Part shown: positions 1 to 12,812 of the stretch, one piece after another
Layout of the letters: the number at the start of each line of letters is the position of its first letter
How positions within the stretch are numbered: the first letter of the stretch is position 1
Source of the DNA: Vicugna vicugna
Taxonomy: Eukaryota
Length of the DNA: 64,000 bases
Direction of reading: 5' to 3'
Assembly (NCBI GenBank): GCA_013265495.1
Contig: MU061578.1
Span: 1,745,308 to 1,809,307 of the forward strand
Made by a program: the position numbers and the translations under genes
Notes under the pieces: model-generated
Told to the model about the DNA's origin: nothing
Seen by the model: the letters and a program-made list of their open reading frames with translations, nothing else
Databases searched by the model: none

Positions 1-59
1 AGCAGCGGCATCAGACTTTATTAAGCCTATGCCACTCAATGGCTGCCATCCATCCACTC

Positions 60-570
60 AACCCCAATCACTCCCTCACGGACATCAGCCGCTGACTCAG
101 TGCTTCGGCTTCATCATGACTCTGCCCTCCCGTATCTTTCTCATCGCTGATTCTGATAGCATTGCCTTCTACTCCACCTCAGTCACCGACTCCATGGACA
201 CATCCTCGACCTCCTCACCAGCTCTGAAATCTGAAGCCTCTCCCTTCCCGGGTATCACCTTCCATCTCCCCAAGCTCATCCTCGCCGCGCATCACCACAC
301 ATGTCCCACCTCTTTGACGTCTCCCATCCCACGATCCTACCACTCTTTACTGCCCTCCATAAGTCTTCTCTTTCCTAATTTCTCAGGCCTAAATGCCACA
401 GGCCAGGACATAACCAGTCCCTGGCTCCTGCGGTCCATTTCCTCATTCCCCTCTCAAGTTCTCCTGGACAAACCCCAAAGGTGGGGTAGACCAGCTACCT
501 TCTAGACATTAAATGCCTACTATCTCCCCATCAGCCCCCCTGCCCAGGACTCCCTTCTCTCCTCTCCAGT
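60..570 (+). mobile_element. Degenerate L2 LINE ORF2 fragment
   Basis: Pyrimidine-rich sequence; CCACCTCAGTCACCGACTCCATGGACACATCCTCGACCT (~174-212) resembles the L2 endonuclease TH..GHTLDL-coding segment. Accounts for the 158 aa chance ORF. Confidence 0.55.
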
Positions 571-2117
571 CTACTTTATACTGCATACTAACTCTCTCTG
601 CCTCCCCGTCAAATTGCTCGCATTTAAAAATGGCCACCTGTGTCCCAAGTTGACACAATGCTTTGATTCAAACCCTTCCGAAGATTGTTCTGATCTTTTC
701 AGTGAACGTTTTCAGGGGGAAGCAGATTGGCCCAGGGGTCTGGACAACCTGTGAGCTGCCCTTAGAACAGATGCTCACCTTGGGCCACTCGGATGTGTCT
801 GCAAGATGGAAGGCAAGAGCATGGGAAGGGGCGGCTCCCGGAGAAGGGGCGGCCGAGACGGTACCCAGATAACATGCCTGCACGTCTATGAAATACCGTG
901 GGCTAGAGCTGCTTGTGGGTTGCTTAGCAACTGGAAGTATTTCAGAGCCACACACAAGAGAATAGAGGTTTGGGGAAACAATTTGTCAAGGAATCAGGGA
1001 GAGTATATTGCCTTGAGCTTTTCAGTCAACACCATCCCCCTCCCCAAACCGCAGGCTGGATGACCTGGCAGCCAAAGAGGTTCAAGGGCAGGGGCTGAAG
1101 GGAGGCAGTGGATGCGGACGGCTCTCATGCCTCTACAATCCCATCCCTTACCCGGCTGGGCTGTCTCATCAGGGCCTGAGCAGAGGCGCAGCCCAAGGTA
1201 AGAGCCACAGTGATTTCTGCCGAGCTCACAGCATGTTAATCACGCCTGTCAGCCTCCCAGGGAAGGAAAGGTTGGCTGTCCTGACAATCTACATTAACGT
1301 GGGTGGATGGTGTTTGATTATACCTTCATGACGGCGGTTTCCACTTGCATCTTTCATCAGAGGCTGAAGGATGTGCTATCTGCCCTGACTGCCCATAGTG
1401 GCATCCTCCTCGGCAGAACGCGGCTGACCTCGGTGATAACACAGCCTTCAGACTGCAGGGAGGCATCGCCTGGCTGGGGTGGGGCCCAGCTGCCCTTGGG
1501 TGCCTGGGTTTTTACAACAGCATTGTCCTGGAAAGGGGGCTGGATTAGTTTTCATCAGGGGTCAGTCTCAAAACCACAGAAGCTCTGACTATTCTAAGAG
1601 TGCAGAACTTAAAGTCACAGGCAGTAAAGATGCAAAAGGAAGATGCCATTGGCCAATAGTCATCCTCTGGCCATATGATTGGTTGCAAAACCCAGCAAGT
1701 ATTTACAGATGACCAACCGAGTGCCACACACAATGCTAACAACTCCAGACATGGTGGTGAACGTGGAAGAAGTACTGATGATGCTTGGGGTCCTTGATGG
1801 AACAGTCCATGTCTCAGTCACCACTGTGTTGGCTTACATCCATGCTGAAGCTCTTATACGATGCTCAGTAAATCTCTCTGGATTCTGACCTCCTCATAAG
1901 TGAACCAAATAACAGCCTCAACTCAAAGGGTTCTAAGAAGTGACAGAAGGAGGGACAACTGGAAGGAATCAGATACATTTAGGAAGTCCTAAGGCTACTA
2001 AAAACTGAAACTCCCAAGGATCGCAGTCCGCTGTCAGACCAGGACAGTCCAGAACTCTTACCTGAACTGACTTAGAAAACTTCACCCAGCATTCTGGTCA
2101 TTCGCCTGAAGCCAAGA

Positions 2118-2348
2118 GGCAGTGGCTTGTAGTGGAGAAAAGCATGGCAGCTGGACTTCCCGGATGGGATTCCAGACCCCACCACTTCCTAGGGGAGCAG
2201 CTTAACCGGATCGCTTGCTTTCCCAAGCCTCACTCCCCTCATCTGTCAAATGGGGACAATGGTGTGTCTAGCAAAGGTTTGTCTTGGGATCAAATTGAGA
2301 TAATGCCCCTGTAGCACTGAGCACAGTGTTTGGCATTTATTACATGCT
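2118..2348 (+). mobile_element. MIR SINE
   Basis: MIR core GCCTCACTCCCCTCATCTGTCAAATGGGGACAAT and tail GCACTGAGCACAGTGTTTGGCA. Confidence 0.8.
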
Positions 2349-2488
2349 AGGTTTTAGATGACCAAAAATTATTAGATTGTGGGGTCTTTTTAGAAATGTC
2401 TTTCCAACATGGGTTTATTAAAGATGTTGAGTGGAATTTGTAAGCAGCATGGTCTTTGATGAGATATCAGGATGAACACAAGCTCTCT

Positions 2489-3094
2489 TCACTGTTTACA
2501 ATAGACAAGGCATGGAAGCAACCTACATGTCCATCAGTACATGACTAAAGAAGATGTGGTCTATATATACAATGGAATACTACTCAGCCATAAAAAAGAA
2601 TGAAATAATGTCACTTGCAGAAACATGGATGGATCTGGAGATCGTCATACTAAGTGAAGTAAGCCAGACAAAGACAAATATTATATGATACCACTTATAT
2701 GCAGAATCTGGAGGAAAAAAGGACACCAATGAGCTTATTTACAAAACAGAGACAGACTCACAGACATACAAGACAAATTTGCAGTTTCCAGGGGAGAAAG
2801 GGGGTGGGAAGGGATAAATTGGGAGTTTGAGATTTGCAGATACTAACTACTATATATAAAATAGATAAACAACAAGGTCCTGCTATATAGCACAGGGAAC
2901 TACATTCAATACCTTATAATAGCCTATAATGGAAAAGAACATGAAAATATTCTTCTATGTATGTATAACTGTATATATACATATGTGTATATATATACAC
3001 ATATATACACACACATACGTATAACTGAATCACTATGCTGTACACCAGGAACTAACACAACATTGTAAATCAACTATATTTCAATTTAAAAAAA
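2489..3094 (+). mobile_element. 5'-truncated artiodactyl-type L1 (end of ORF2, 3' UTR, A-tail)
   Basis: AATGGAATACTACTCAGCCATAAAAAAGAATGAAATAATG, GGGATAAATTGGGAGTTTGAGATTTGCAGATAC and terminal TGTAAATCAACTATATTTCAATTTAAAAAAAA; homologous to copies at 37.5, 41.6, 49.0 and 56.3 kb. No TSD resolved. Confidence 0.95.
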
Positions 3095-5159
3095 CACACA
3101 CGCACAAGCCAGGGATGCCCCAGGCTGAACAGCACAGGAATCAGATCCAGCCCCTGTTTCCTGACACAACAGCCAAGATCAGGAGGTTGGCAGCTTCCCT
3201 GTCCTGTTGGAGGGGCCTCATTTTCACGCCATCTACAGAGGTGGCTGGCGTGGGTCTCCAGGAGAAGACGACTTCCGGCAAACCTAAAAAATGGGGCTGA
3301 AGCAGCAAGGATGAGTTGTGAATTTTTTTTTTTAAATGATCGACGTAGGTGCTGAGGACAGTGACCAAGCAAAACTCACAACGAAGCAAAAACAAGGCAC
3401 AAAACACAACTTGGGCTTGGATGCTGCCAACAAAATGAGTTGAACCGAAATATGTTCTCTGGGCTTTGTTCTGCACAGACACTCTGAAAAAATAAAACTC
3501 ATTTAGCTTAAATTAATAAAACTGAATAAAGTCGGTGCAGGTCAGTGGGGAATTACTGGGGCATGTGATGGAAGAGGCTCTGGGCAATCATTCCTGTTAT
3601 AAGAGTGAAAACAGCCTGTCCCTTCACGGACACAGCCTGGGTGATGTATCTCCTCCCAAAATAGTGTCTGTGCAAAAAGATGAGAAGAAACGATCGCCTA
3701 TTAATTTGGCTTTTAAGTCCAGATGAAGATCCTTGAAAAGAGCCAAAGAGCCAAAAATACTGAGTAACTCCACATCCGAGTCACTGTTTCTTCTCTCTAT
3801 ATATAGAGGCTCAAAAATAGACATCTCCGACTCTGGGGCTTGCGGGACTGAAGCATGATGATCGCCAGCGACTGGAGAGAAGATGCATAATAAATCCCCC
3901 ACCACGTTGTCAGTTTGCTTAAATGCCACCACCTCTGCCAGCTTCCTCAACAAAGGGGACCCTTCCCGTAATCCTAATCCGTTCGACGTGCATGTGCGGG
4001 TCTGTGTCTGTTTTCATATTTATTGTGCTGCTACCATCTCTCAGATGTTGTGCTCCATTCGGAGGACGTGAGTTATCAAGTCTGTCCTCATGCAGCTTAC
4101 AGTCTAATAGAAGTGATGACCGAAAAAAAAATCAATTCATAAGTTGATTGCAATTACAGTAAGTGCTGAGAGGAAATGGCTGTGGGCGTGGAAATCCTGC
4201 CCCCTCCCAACCCACCCCGAGAAAATAACATTCAAACTTGGACCGGTTTGGTACATAGAACTTGGCAAGTTTTTTGTTTTGTTTGGTTTTGTTTTGTTAA
4301 GTCAATAAAAACATGCAGGATTTAGAATATGTTTTTCAATAACTGTAATTCTGCATCATGTAAGAGGGAATTAAATGTCTGTTTTCTTGAGCAAGATGTC
4401 AGGGAAGGGCAGTAGGCTGCATCTTCCAGACACTCAGGAGTTTATGGCTACGGGTGGCGTGAAATACTCCAACAGGCAGAAGGCGTAGAAAGACGAAAGT
4501 AATTTCCCTAGCAATTCGAGATAATGTATTACTGTTCCAACAGCCACTTTTAATTAGGGTAGGGCTTGCATTCCCCTGGTCAATACCACTCTTAAAACAG
4601 GTATAACATTTATTTAACTTCACTGACCTGCATTTATCTTTCTAACCAGAAGAGAAAGTGCTTATTTCTTTTTTAAAGCATCTGCCACATTTTCATGCTC
4701 TCGTCATGTGTTTCCAAGAGTCAAAGAGAGTTTCTCTGGGGTGCATGGAAAATGGAGTCCACAGGGGAAGAGAGAAAGCAGAATTTAGCCATTGCTTGTT
4801 CGCTTTTGGCGTCTCCTCCAAGAGAATGACCCCAAGACAACAAAGAAGAGAATGGAAATCACCCCATGGGAAGTGAAGTTCAGGGCTGGGAAGATGGTGG
4901 CAAGAGAAGGAGTGGTCTGTGTCATAAATAAACCATAAATTTAGGCAACAGTAGGATTAGATAGATGGTGCATGTGAGATAAAACCCTCTCCTGTCTGCC
5001 CATCATCAGCCGCACGGGCACCATCTCCTACTGTGATTACAGTTAATAATCTGGACCCAGACCAACCACACCCAAGATGCCATAAAATCTCATAAACATT
5101 ATGATTGTAGAATTAGACGTAATCACTTGCTAGCAGTTGTAGGTGGGAGGAGAGAAGGA

Positions 5160-5920
5160 AAGCACTTGGAAATGGGTCAATGGCTAAAATTTATCAAGGG
5201 GGAGGCATGGATGTTTCCCACAACGAAGGGATAAACGCAACGCCATATGCCTGTATCCAGCAGACTGCTCGTGGCTGGCTTGAAACCACCAGGAACAAGT
5301 GAAGGTGACCTTTAGGAGGTTAGCATGGGTTCACCAGGGGGAAAAAACAAAAAAAAAAAGTGATGACAAGTAAATTCCCTTCTATTTCATTAAAGTCCTA
5401 GACGGCTGGGCTGAGTAAGGCTGTAGACTGAGCGCAGTATGACGTTGAGGTAACTGTGAGAAGATGAGGAGTGTGGACTATATGTAGACTCACAGCTGAT
5501 TCATCGATTTCTCCCAAGCATGTTAATAAACGGGGAATCTGTGTACACGTGCAACAAGATGCGTATGCTCCCTCGAAGAAGGTCTTATGTTTTAATGAAT
5601 CATTTAATCTCCTGGGTTGCCTTGCCCAGAGTAACTTAGTAAACACCAAATGGGGGATCATCAGCCACAATTTGTTGGAAGAGGATAATTAATTGGAATA
5701 ACATGTGTAGACATCCTCTAAAAAGGATAGAACACTTCGACACAAGCCATGGGCTATGAGAAAGCCGAGTTAGAGTCCCTATCTGCTTGAACATTTTCAG
5801 CAACACTGGAAAGGAGGACCTGAGAGATGTGCTTATCAAATTTGCAGACGGCACAGATCATCGCAGGCAGAGAGGTAAAATCATGAGTCAAAATGGTATT
5901 TATAGACTAAGAATGGGCTA
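5160..5920 (+). mobile_element. Ancient L3/CR1 LINE reverse-transcriptase remnant
   Basis: 5829-5855 reads V-L-I-K-F-A-D-G-T (CR1 RT motif LIKFADDT); upstream AGCATGGGTTCACCA (~5322) resembles the QHGF motif, in the expected order. Confidence 0.7.
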
Positions 5921-6368
5921 CGTTGGTAGCTGCTTCCCACGTGCCGGACACTGAGCTGCGTGCGTTACATACATCAGCTGATTAAGTTAAAGGAGTTAAT
6001 GTTCCGTTCACATATCAAGGTTTTCCTTAGTGTCAGGCTGAGGAAACCAACCTCCAGGAAGTGATGTTGGGGGTGGGGAGAAGTCCTGGTCCGGGTGGTA
6101 AATAAATCATAGATTTACGTAACATTGGAATTGGATACATGGCACAGTCCAGGTAAGTCTATCTACTATTTCACTACTGTCTGTTATGTACGGACCAGCT
6201 ACTCATTAAAATGAATAACCTGGACCCAGATCAGTCTGACTCTCAGGCACGTGAGACAAAATGACGAAGCAGGTCTATCTGAAGGACGGCTAAGGTGCCT
6301 TGACAGACGTCGGAGAGGGGGAGGTGGGTGGGGAACCCAAGCCAGTAAGAAAGCCTTGGCACTGGAGG

Positions 6369-6847
6369 TGTTGGGGGCAGACTAATGGTACCTCCTCCCC
6401 AAAGACGTCCGCCTCCTAATGCCTGGGACCCGTGACTCCACTACCTTTCATGGCCAAAGCGGCTTTGTAGATGTGATTAAATTAAAGGTTTTGAGATGGC
6501 GAGATTAGACTGGATTATCTAGGTGAGTGCCATGTTTTCAGGGGTGTGAGTATAAGAGGTCCAGGACGGAGAAAAAGGAGGTGGGAGGATGGAGAGATGC
6601 ACTCTGAGGGTTGAGGAAGGGGTCGTGAGCCAAGGAGCATGGCAAACTCTAGAAACTGGAAAAGGCAAGAAACTGGATTCTCTCCTGAAGCTTCCAGAAG
6701 AAATACAGCCGGCTAACACCTCAGTTTCAGCTCCAGAAGATTTGTTTCCGCCTTCTGATCTCCAGAACCACAAGATAATAAATTATTATTGCCTTAAGCT
6801 GCAGAGTTTGTGGTCACTGGTGACAACAGCGACTGGAAACCAGTACA
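6369..6847 (+). mobile_element. MaLR solo LTR (MLT1D-like) with intact 5 bp TSD
   Basis: TG...CA termini, GGAGG on both sides (6364-6368, 6848-6852), and typical MLT1 motifs GCTTTGTAGATGTGATTAAATTAAAGG and TTCTGATCTCCAGAACC. Confidence 0.92.
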
Positions 6848-7049
6848 GGAGGAGGGGGGAGTTCTGGCACCGCAGGCCGCTCTCACTTGCAGACTGGCCT
6901 TCTGGCCGCACCACGAGGTGGTCACGTCTGAGCCCCGTGAGGAAGGGGGAGGGGCAAGGGGAGGTGGGAGCCATGTGTCGTGTCTGGTGGAAGGAATATC
7001 TGAAACAGTCTTCATGTTTATGAAGCATAAAGCTAAAGGTAAAAAGAAG

Positions 7050-8725
7050 GAGATTCCCAACCTCTCACTCTTCACTCTTGTCTTCATCTCTGACTCCCCA
7101 CCTACTCTGCCAGCCAAGACCATCACTGCGTCTCCACAAACCCTGCACGTCTCCCTGCATCCATTGCCCCACTGGGGACCAAGCCACCATCACCTCCCAC
7201 CTGAACTGTGGCAACGGCTCCCAAACGAATTCCCTGCTTCTGTCTTAGGCCTCTTCTCTCTTCTCAAAACAACAGCCAGAGGGCTCTCATTACACACGTG
7301 AGATCAAGCCACGTCTCAGTGAATACTATTCTCATTGAAGATTCCAGGACACGAGCTTCCAGGCAATGATGGTGATGGTGATGATGATGATGGAGGAAAA
7401 TTTACTGAATTCTAAGCATCAAGCACATTTCTAAGCACTTCCCTACATTAACTCCTGAAATCCTCACAACTCTATAAATGACTAGTATTAACTCCAATTT
7501 ACCGATGAGAAAACTGGTAAAGGGTGGGCCAGAGGCTCAAATCCCGATGACAGGTGGCTTCCCATCACATTCAGACTAAATGCCCAAGTGCCCCTATTTG
7601 CCCTCTGACCTCACCTTTCCTACTCACTTCCCTTCAAATCCTGCTTCTCAGCCTCCAGCATCCCTGACACCTGTTTGCAGATTTCTCTGATCCCTGTCTA
7701 CTCACATGATGCTTAGCGTAAGACCCAATCAGGCTGCTGTATGTCCTGGACTCAATCCTGGCCGGGACTATCATTACAGGTCTCACCAATACTCTTACAA
7801 ATATGCTTTTTCTTCCTCTTCCATGGCTTTGCACAAGCCTCAGAAGGCGTACCTTTCCGTATCTCCTCTGTCAGTTGGCCCGATACCCTGAATAGAATTG
7901 GGCATCACTCTTGATTCTCACTGTATCTTTATCCATAGAAACCTCCATTCTTCCTGCCAATTTTATTCAGAAACATCCGCTCCTCTCCGCAAAAACCACC
8001 ACCCTTAACTCAATTCAAACGCCATTTTTCCCCAGCGAGGCCACCGTAACAGCTTCCTACCCAGTCTCCTCCCAGCCTTCACTCTGCTTCCACCCGCATC
8101 ATCCATGGTGCATCAGAGAAAACTTTCTCAAATGCAAGCCGAGCTTTGTTGATGAGCTAGGTCTCAGCGATTCTCTCTCACGTACCGGGTGAAGTCCAAG
8201 CTTCCCCCGTGACCTTCCCTCTACCTGTCTAGTTCCCTCTTCCACCTGCCCTTACTCTGCACAAGTCAGCAGAACTGGTGGCTCCCAACGCACCCACGGT
8301 TTCCTGCCTCTGTTCCCCTCCACGCATGGTTCCTCCTGCCTCTCACGTCTTCCCTCCTTCTCTCTTCCCCACGCTACTACACTCCATTTGCCTGGAGACC
8401 TTCTCTTTCTGCAAGGCTCTCCTCAGGCATTACCTGTTCCATAAAGCATCCCCAAGCTCTCTCCCACTGACAGCGTTAATCCCTCCTTCCTTTGTATACA
8501 TTTTGATCTGTGACATTTGTACATCAAAGCACGCTGTAACTGCCTGTTCGCATCTATCTCTCCTAATAGAGTTTGAGCCACCAAGAGTAAAGGTCAACTC
8601 TCATTTTTTTTTTTGCATTTCTTGACACACAGCACAGTGCTGAGAAACTTAAGTAGCACACAGTAGGCACTGAAATAATCCTTAGTGAACAATGAACAAA
8701 TACATGAATGCAAGCATGTGAATGA
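7050..8725 (+). mobile_element. L2 LINE 3' fragments, interrupted by a minus-strand MIR at ~7370-7560
   Basis: Pyrimidine-rich L2 3' region ending in CACACAGTAGGCACTGAAATAATCCTTAGTGAACAATGAACAAATACATGAATG; MIR core CCAATTTACCGATGAGAAAACTG. Confidence 0.7.
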
Positions 8726-9559
8726 AGAATTGTCTGTATGCTCTTGAGAAAACACCAGGACCTACAGGTGGACTCCATAGAGAAGCAAATACTGAGGAAA
8801 TATGAGACATGACTTGACAACCATATGGGTATTCAGAAAGGGAAGAGGCTGGCCCCTAGGGTCCACCATGGAGCCCCAAATCCCAGGGGCCAGGCCAGGA
8901 TCCCAGGGCTGTGTGGAAGTCTGACCCCAACTTTCTGCAACTTCATCGTGACTTTCTTTCCCACCTTCCACAGAAGCTCTCCCCAGGGATTCATTTTAAA
9001 CATTTGGAATTACCTTAATGATATTTAAAACCCAGTACCAAACATAGTCGGCAATCCAAGAGATTGCTACCATTTTTCATAACCAGTCATTGAATAAGCT
9101 CCTTCATAACCCACCCCCCGAACATCAGCATGTCTGCAAACCTCGCGAGGGCCATGCATCTTGCTCTTCTAGGTGAGATGCACAGAGCAGGTGCACCTCG
9201 CCGAACGTGCGCATCCCAGACCAGACTGTGTGCGTGCCGTGTCCATAAACCAAATCACATTTCCGACGTGCTGGGACCTAAGAGCACTCTTTATTGCAGG
9301 ATGTTCTGATAAAGCTAATAAATCTCGTGCAAGGTAAGTAATTGCAGCCCAATTTGTGTGTTGAATTAATGCAGGCTTCAGATGTTCAAACTGACTTAAA
9401 AATAGAAGCTCCTGTATTCTATAGAACAAAGAGGGTTATATCAAGGAACTATGTACACATGGAGATACATTTTTTAAAAATTTCTGCAGCTCAGCGACCG
9501 TTCTTCTCATTTTAGATTTTAGGACCTGAGCAGCTTCCAGGTAACAGTAGCAATGGTGG

Positions 9560-9725
9560 TGGTGGTGATGATGATAGCAAATTTATGGTGAAGTATGTGT
9601 TAAGCACTTGACATATATCAACTCCTGGAAGCATCGTAACAAACCTATAAAGTAGCAGAATTGCTCCCATTTTACAGATGATAAAACTGAGGCACAGAAC
9701 ACATAAGTGACTTAATCTCACAGAA
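9560..9725 (-). mobile_element. MIR SINE
   Basis: CCCATTTTACAGATGATAAAACTGAGGCACAGA core. Confidence 0.85.
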
Positions 9726-9854
9726 CATGCCTCTGTTGTATAGAATAAGAAATTGCTACAGCGAGGAACTATACACGCACACACATGTATTTAAGCAAGG
9801 AGCTCAGAAAAGGTTATTTTCATTGAACAGTTCAGGACATGAGCTTCCAGATAA

Positions 9855-10100
9855 TAATACAACAATAATAGCAGCAAATTTATTGAGTGGTAATTATGTA
9901 TCAGTTATGTTTCTGAGCATGTTCATACGGTACCTCCTGAAATCCTCAGAACAACCTTATCAATTACCAGCATTACCCACTCCGCACTTTACAGATGACA
10001 GTGATTTCCTCCAGGTCACACAGCTGGGAAAGGGTGCACACTGGGGCCTACAGTCAGGCTATGTGGCTTCAGGGTCTGTGCCTTAAATCCTTACACCATT
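9855..10100 (-). mobile_element. MIR SINE
   Basis: AATAATAGCAGCAAATTTATTGAGTG tail, CACTTTACAGATGA core, CCAGGTCACACAGCTGGGAA. Confidence 0.8.
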
Positions 10101-11119
10101 GCAGTGAGAAAATCGGTTGCAAAAAGAAAAATACTTTACTGGGCAGCTCCACCCCCTCCTGAACATCTGTCATTATTTGCAGCAAGTTGTGAAGGTGAAC
10201 TTGAGCGCGTTCGGCACAAATGAATGACGTCCGTGTCAATACAGGAGCCCCTCTCTCGGCCCCGGCTTCTCCATCCCAGCAGGCTGACTCTTGGTTGGCC
10301 CGTCCCGTTCCCGCAACTTTCATCACATGAAATACTCCAAAGGAGGCCGAGCCGGGCGTTCACAGCGGCTCCTGGCGCTGCTGCCTGTACTTTGGCCACG
10401 TGTGGAATGTCTCCTACGGGCAGGAGCCTGGAGTTCTCAATGACAAGGAGAAGGCTGTAAATGTAAGCTGATGGTGAGTTAATGAAGAAATACTCTGGCC
10501 GGCTTTTCTCACCTGGAGTCCTCAGGAAACCTGCCAGGAGGGCGGACACACCTCCCATCTGCCAGGGCCCATTCATCAGTGCAGCCAGACCTTCCCTGGA
10601 TAGGATTTAACAGGGAAATACTCTACTTCCAAAGATTTATGGAAAAGTCTCCTTCCTCATTGTTACCAGGATGCCATGTCATTCTGCAGCCTATCAACTC
10701 CTCCGAAGCTTGCAGCATCAGCAGAGCTAATCTGCAATAACCAGGCTATCTGAGGTTCACCCCACCGTCTGCCCTGGAATCATGGAAACTCAATTACTAA
10801 GTGAGAAAGAGAAATTGAAAAGCCAAAATCACGTCCGAGAGTTGGTGTCGGGATGTCAACGGAAGGGCTGTGGAGACGGCCACGGGACCCCCAGATGCTC
10901 CAGAGGCTTAGACGGCCCCCCACCCCGCCCCGGAGGGCAGACCCCCGAGTCCAAGCAGAAGTCCTCCCAGCGGTGGACACTGGCTGGTCCCCTTCTCCTT
11001 TGCTTACCTCTCTGAGGCGATCAGGCACATTTGGAATCTCAGAACGGCTCTTTCAGATGGATTCTCAGTCTCAGTGGGTGTTTGTGGGTGGAGGGGCGTG
11101 GTTCTCCTCTTCAAAACCT

Positions 11120-11372
11120 ACCCTGGTTTCTCTAACTCCGAGACCCTCCTTCTCCTCCTCCCCCCACTCCTCCCATCCCTCCATGTCCCTCCATGTCTCT
11201 GTTCCACCCCCTTCCCTTTTTTGTCCCCACCTTTGCTCTCTCAACCTCTCCCTCTCTGCCCATCTCTCACTCCCTCTGCCCCTGCTTTCTCTCCATCCTC
11301 CCTTCTCCTTGACCACCTGTCTTGTCTTCTTGTATGTGCCTTTCTCATGAAGAGAAAGAGAAAGAGAGAGGA
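11120..11372. repeat. CT-rich polypyrimidine low-complexity tract followed by (GA)-rich run
   Basis: Predominantly C/T for ~220 bp, then AGAGAAAGAGAAAGAGAGAGG. Confidence 0.8.
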
Positions 11373-12129
11373 GACAGCTAGCCACAATATGAACTAAAAC
11401 ACAACTGCAGAGGCCAACAGATTCTAAGAACTAGGAAAAGGAAGTGTAGGAAGGATACAGTGGTGGCCGGGGGCTGGGGGGGGAACTGTACTAAATATCA
11501 CACCGTTCTTATACCAAAAGGATTTTCTTAACAACAACAGCAAAGATAATGCTGGAGAGAACCCCTTGTGTGAGATGGAAGCCTGTCTGTCTTCCCCGGG
11601 GAACAGAAGCTGTGGAGAACAGTGCCTCCCCCAGCTCCCAGCACCCATCCTCCAAGACACAGCACAGACACTGCCTCAAGCCAAGCCAGCCAGGGCACCC
11701 GAGGACATTCTGGGAGATCAGAGTGGGTGGGACAGAAAGCAAATTTAAAACTACACCCAACCCTCAGTGTAATCGCAGCGTTTGGGAGAGGGCGTTCACT
11801 CCAGCAAGAGCATTTAAATGAGAAAATGACAATTTCAGAATATTCCTCTTCCAACTCGGCCACTGACACTTAAAGTGGGAGCCAAATGCTACCTCCTCCA
11901 GACTCCTTGCTCCCTGACCCGACCTGCCTTCCTCTCTGCATTTGACACAAAGCATTCTTCCCGCCTCTCCAACCTAAAAAGAGACCCTGGACAGAAAGCC
12001 CTGGCTTAGCTACCTCCTCAAATTTCAGCCTCATGTTTTAAAGAATAGTCTTTTTTCAGATAATTATGTCATTTCACTCCCTCTATAAAAGTTTATATAT
12101 ATATATATATTGTGGGGGATTGAGGAGAG

Positions 12130-12540
12130 ACATTTAATAACACAGGGAAGTTATTAGACTCATCCGTAATTTCAATACCTAAGGGATAACACTTAATATT
12201 GCAGATGCTTCTTTTTTGTATTCGATTTTGAATCTTGACTTAGATGCAGAGCAACATAAATATCTATAAATAGCCTTTTTAAAGCAGAAACGGGATCACA
12301 CTGCAAACAGCACTGTGCTACTTGTTTGTTTGTTTCCATTTAACAGTGTCCCGGGAACATTTTTCCATCTCATTAAACATTGTCCTAAGGCATCATTTAT
12401 AATGGCTGCAAGGTCGTTTCATCACCCAAGTAAAGGAAATGTAATTTGTTTCTCCAAATCGCTACTGTTGAACACTTAGGTTGTTTAAATTTTTTTTAAC
12501 ATCATAAACAACGCTGCCATAAACATCTCTGTAGGTACAA
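12130..12540 (-). mobile_element. Old L1ME-like 3' fragment
   Basis: CATTTATAATGGCTGCA, CTACTGTTGAACACTTAGGTTGTTT and ATAAACAACGCTGCCATAAACATCTCTGT are antisense L1M ORF2-end/3' UTR motifs. Confidence 0.75.
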
Positions 12541-12597
12541 AGTTACAGTCTCCTGTCCCCCATCCATACACACACCTCTTGAGATACACCAGTGTAC

Positions 12598-12812
12598 CAG
12601 GGTTTCTCAACTTGGGCACTGGTGACATTTGAAGCTGGAAATGTTTTGTGATAAGAGGCTGCCCTGTGCACTGTGGGGTGTTTAACGGCATCCCTGGCCT
12701 CCACCCGTTAGGTACCAGCTGCATCCCCCACCACACCACTGTGATACCGGAACTGTCCAGTACATTGCCCAGTGTCCCCTGGGGCATGATCGCCTCGCAG
12801 TGAGAGCCACTG
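12598..12812 (-). mobile_element. MER20 (hAT-Charlie non-autonomous DNA transposon)
   Basis: TIR-like ends CAGGGTTTCTCAA ... TGAGAGCCACTG; internal GGCATCCCTGGCCTCCACCC; ~215 bp. Confidence 0.9.

Noticed and set aside
6145..6160. Consensus splice donors (CAGGTAAGT here; similar at ~9331, ~24862, ~52565)
   Set aside because: No matching acceptor plus open frame that I could support; expected by chance in 64 kb.
11071..11385. Glu/Arg/Gly-rich ORF on the minus strand
   Set aside because: Translation of the CT/GA low-complexity tract.
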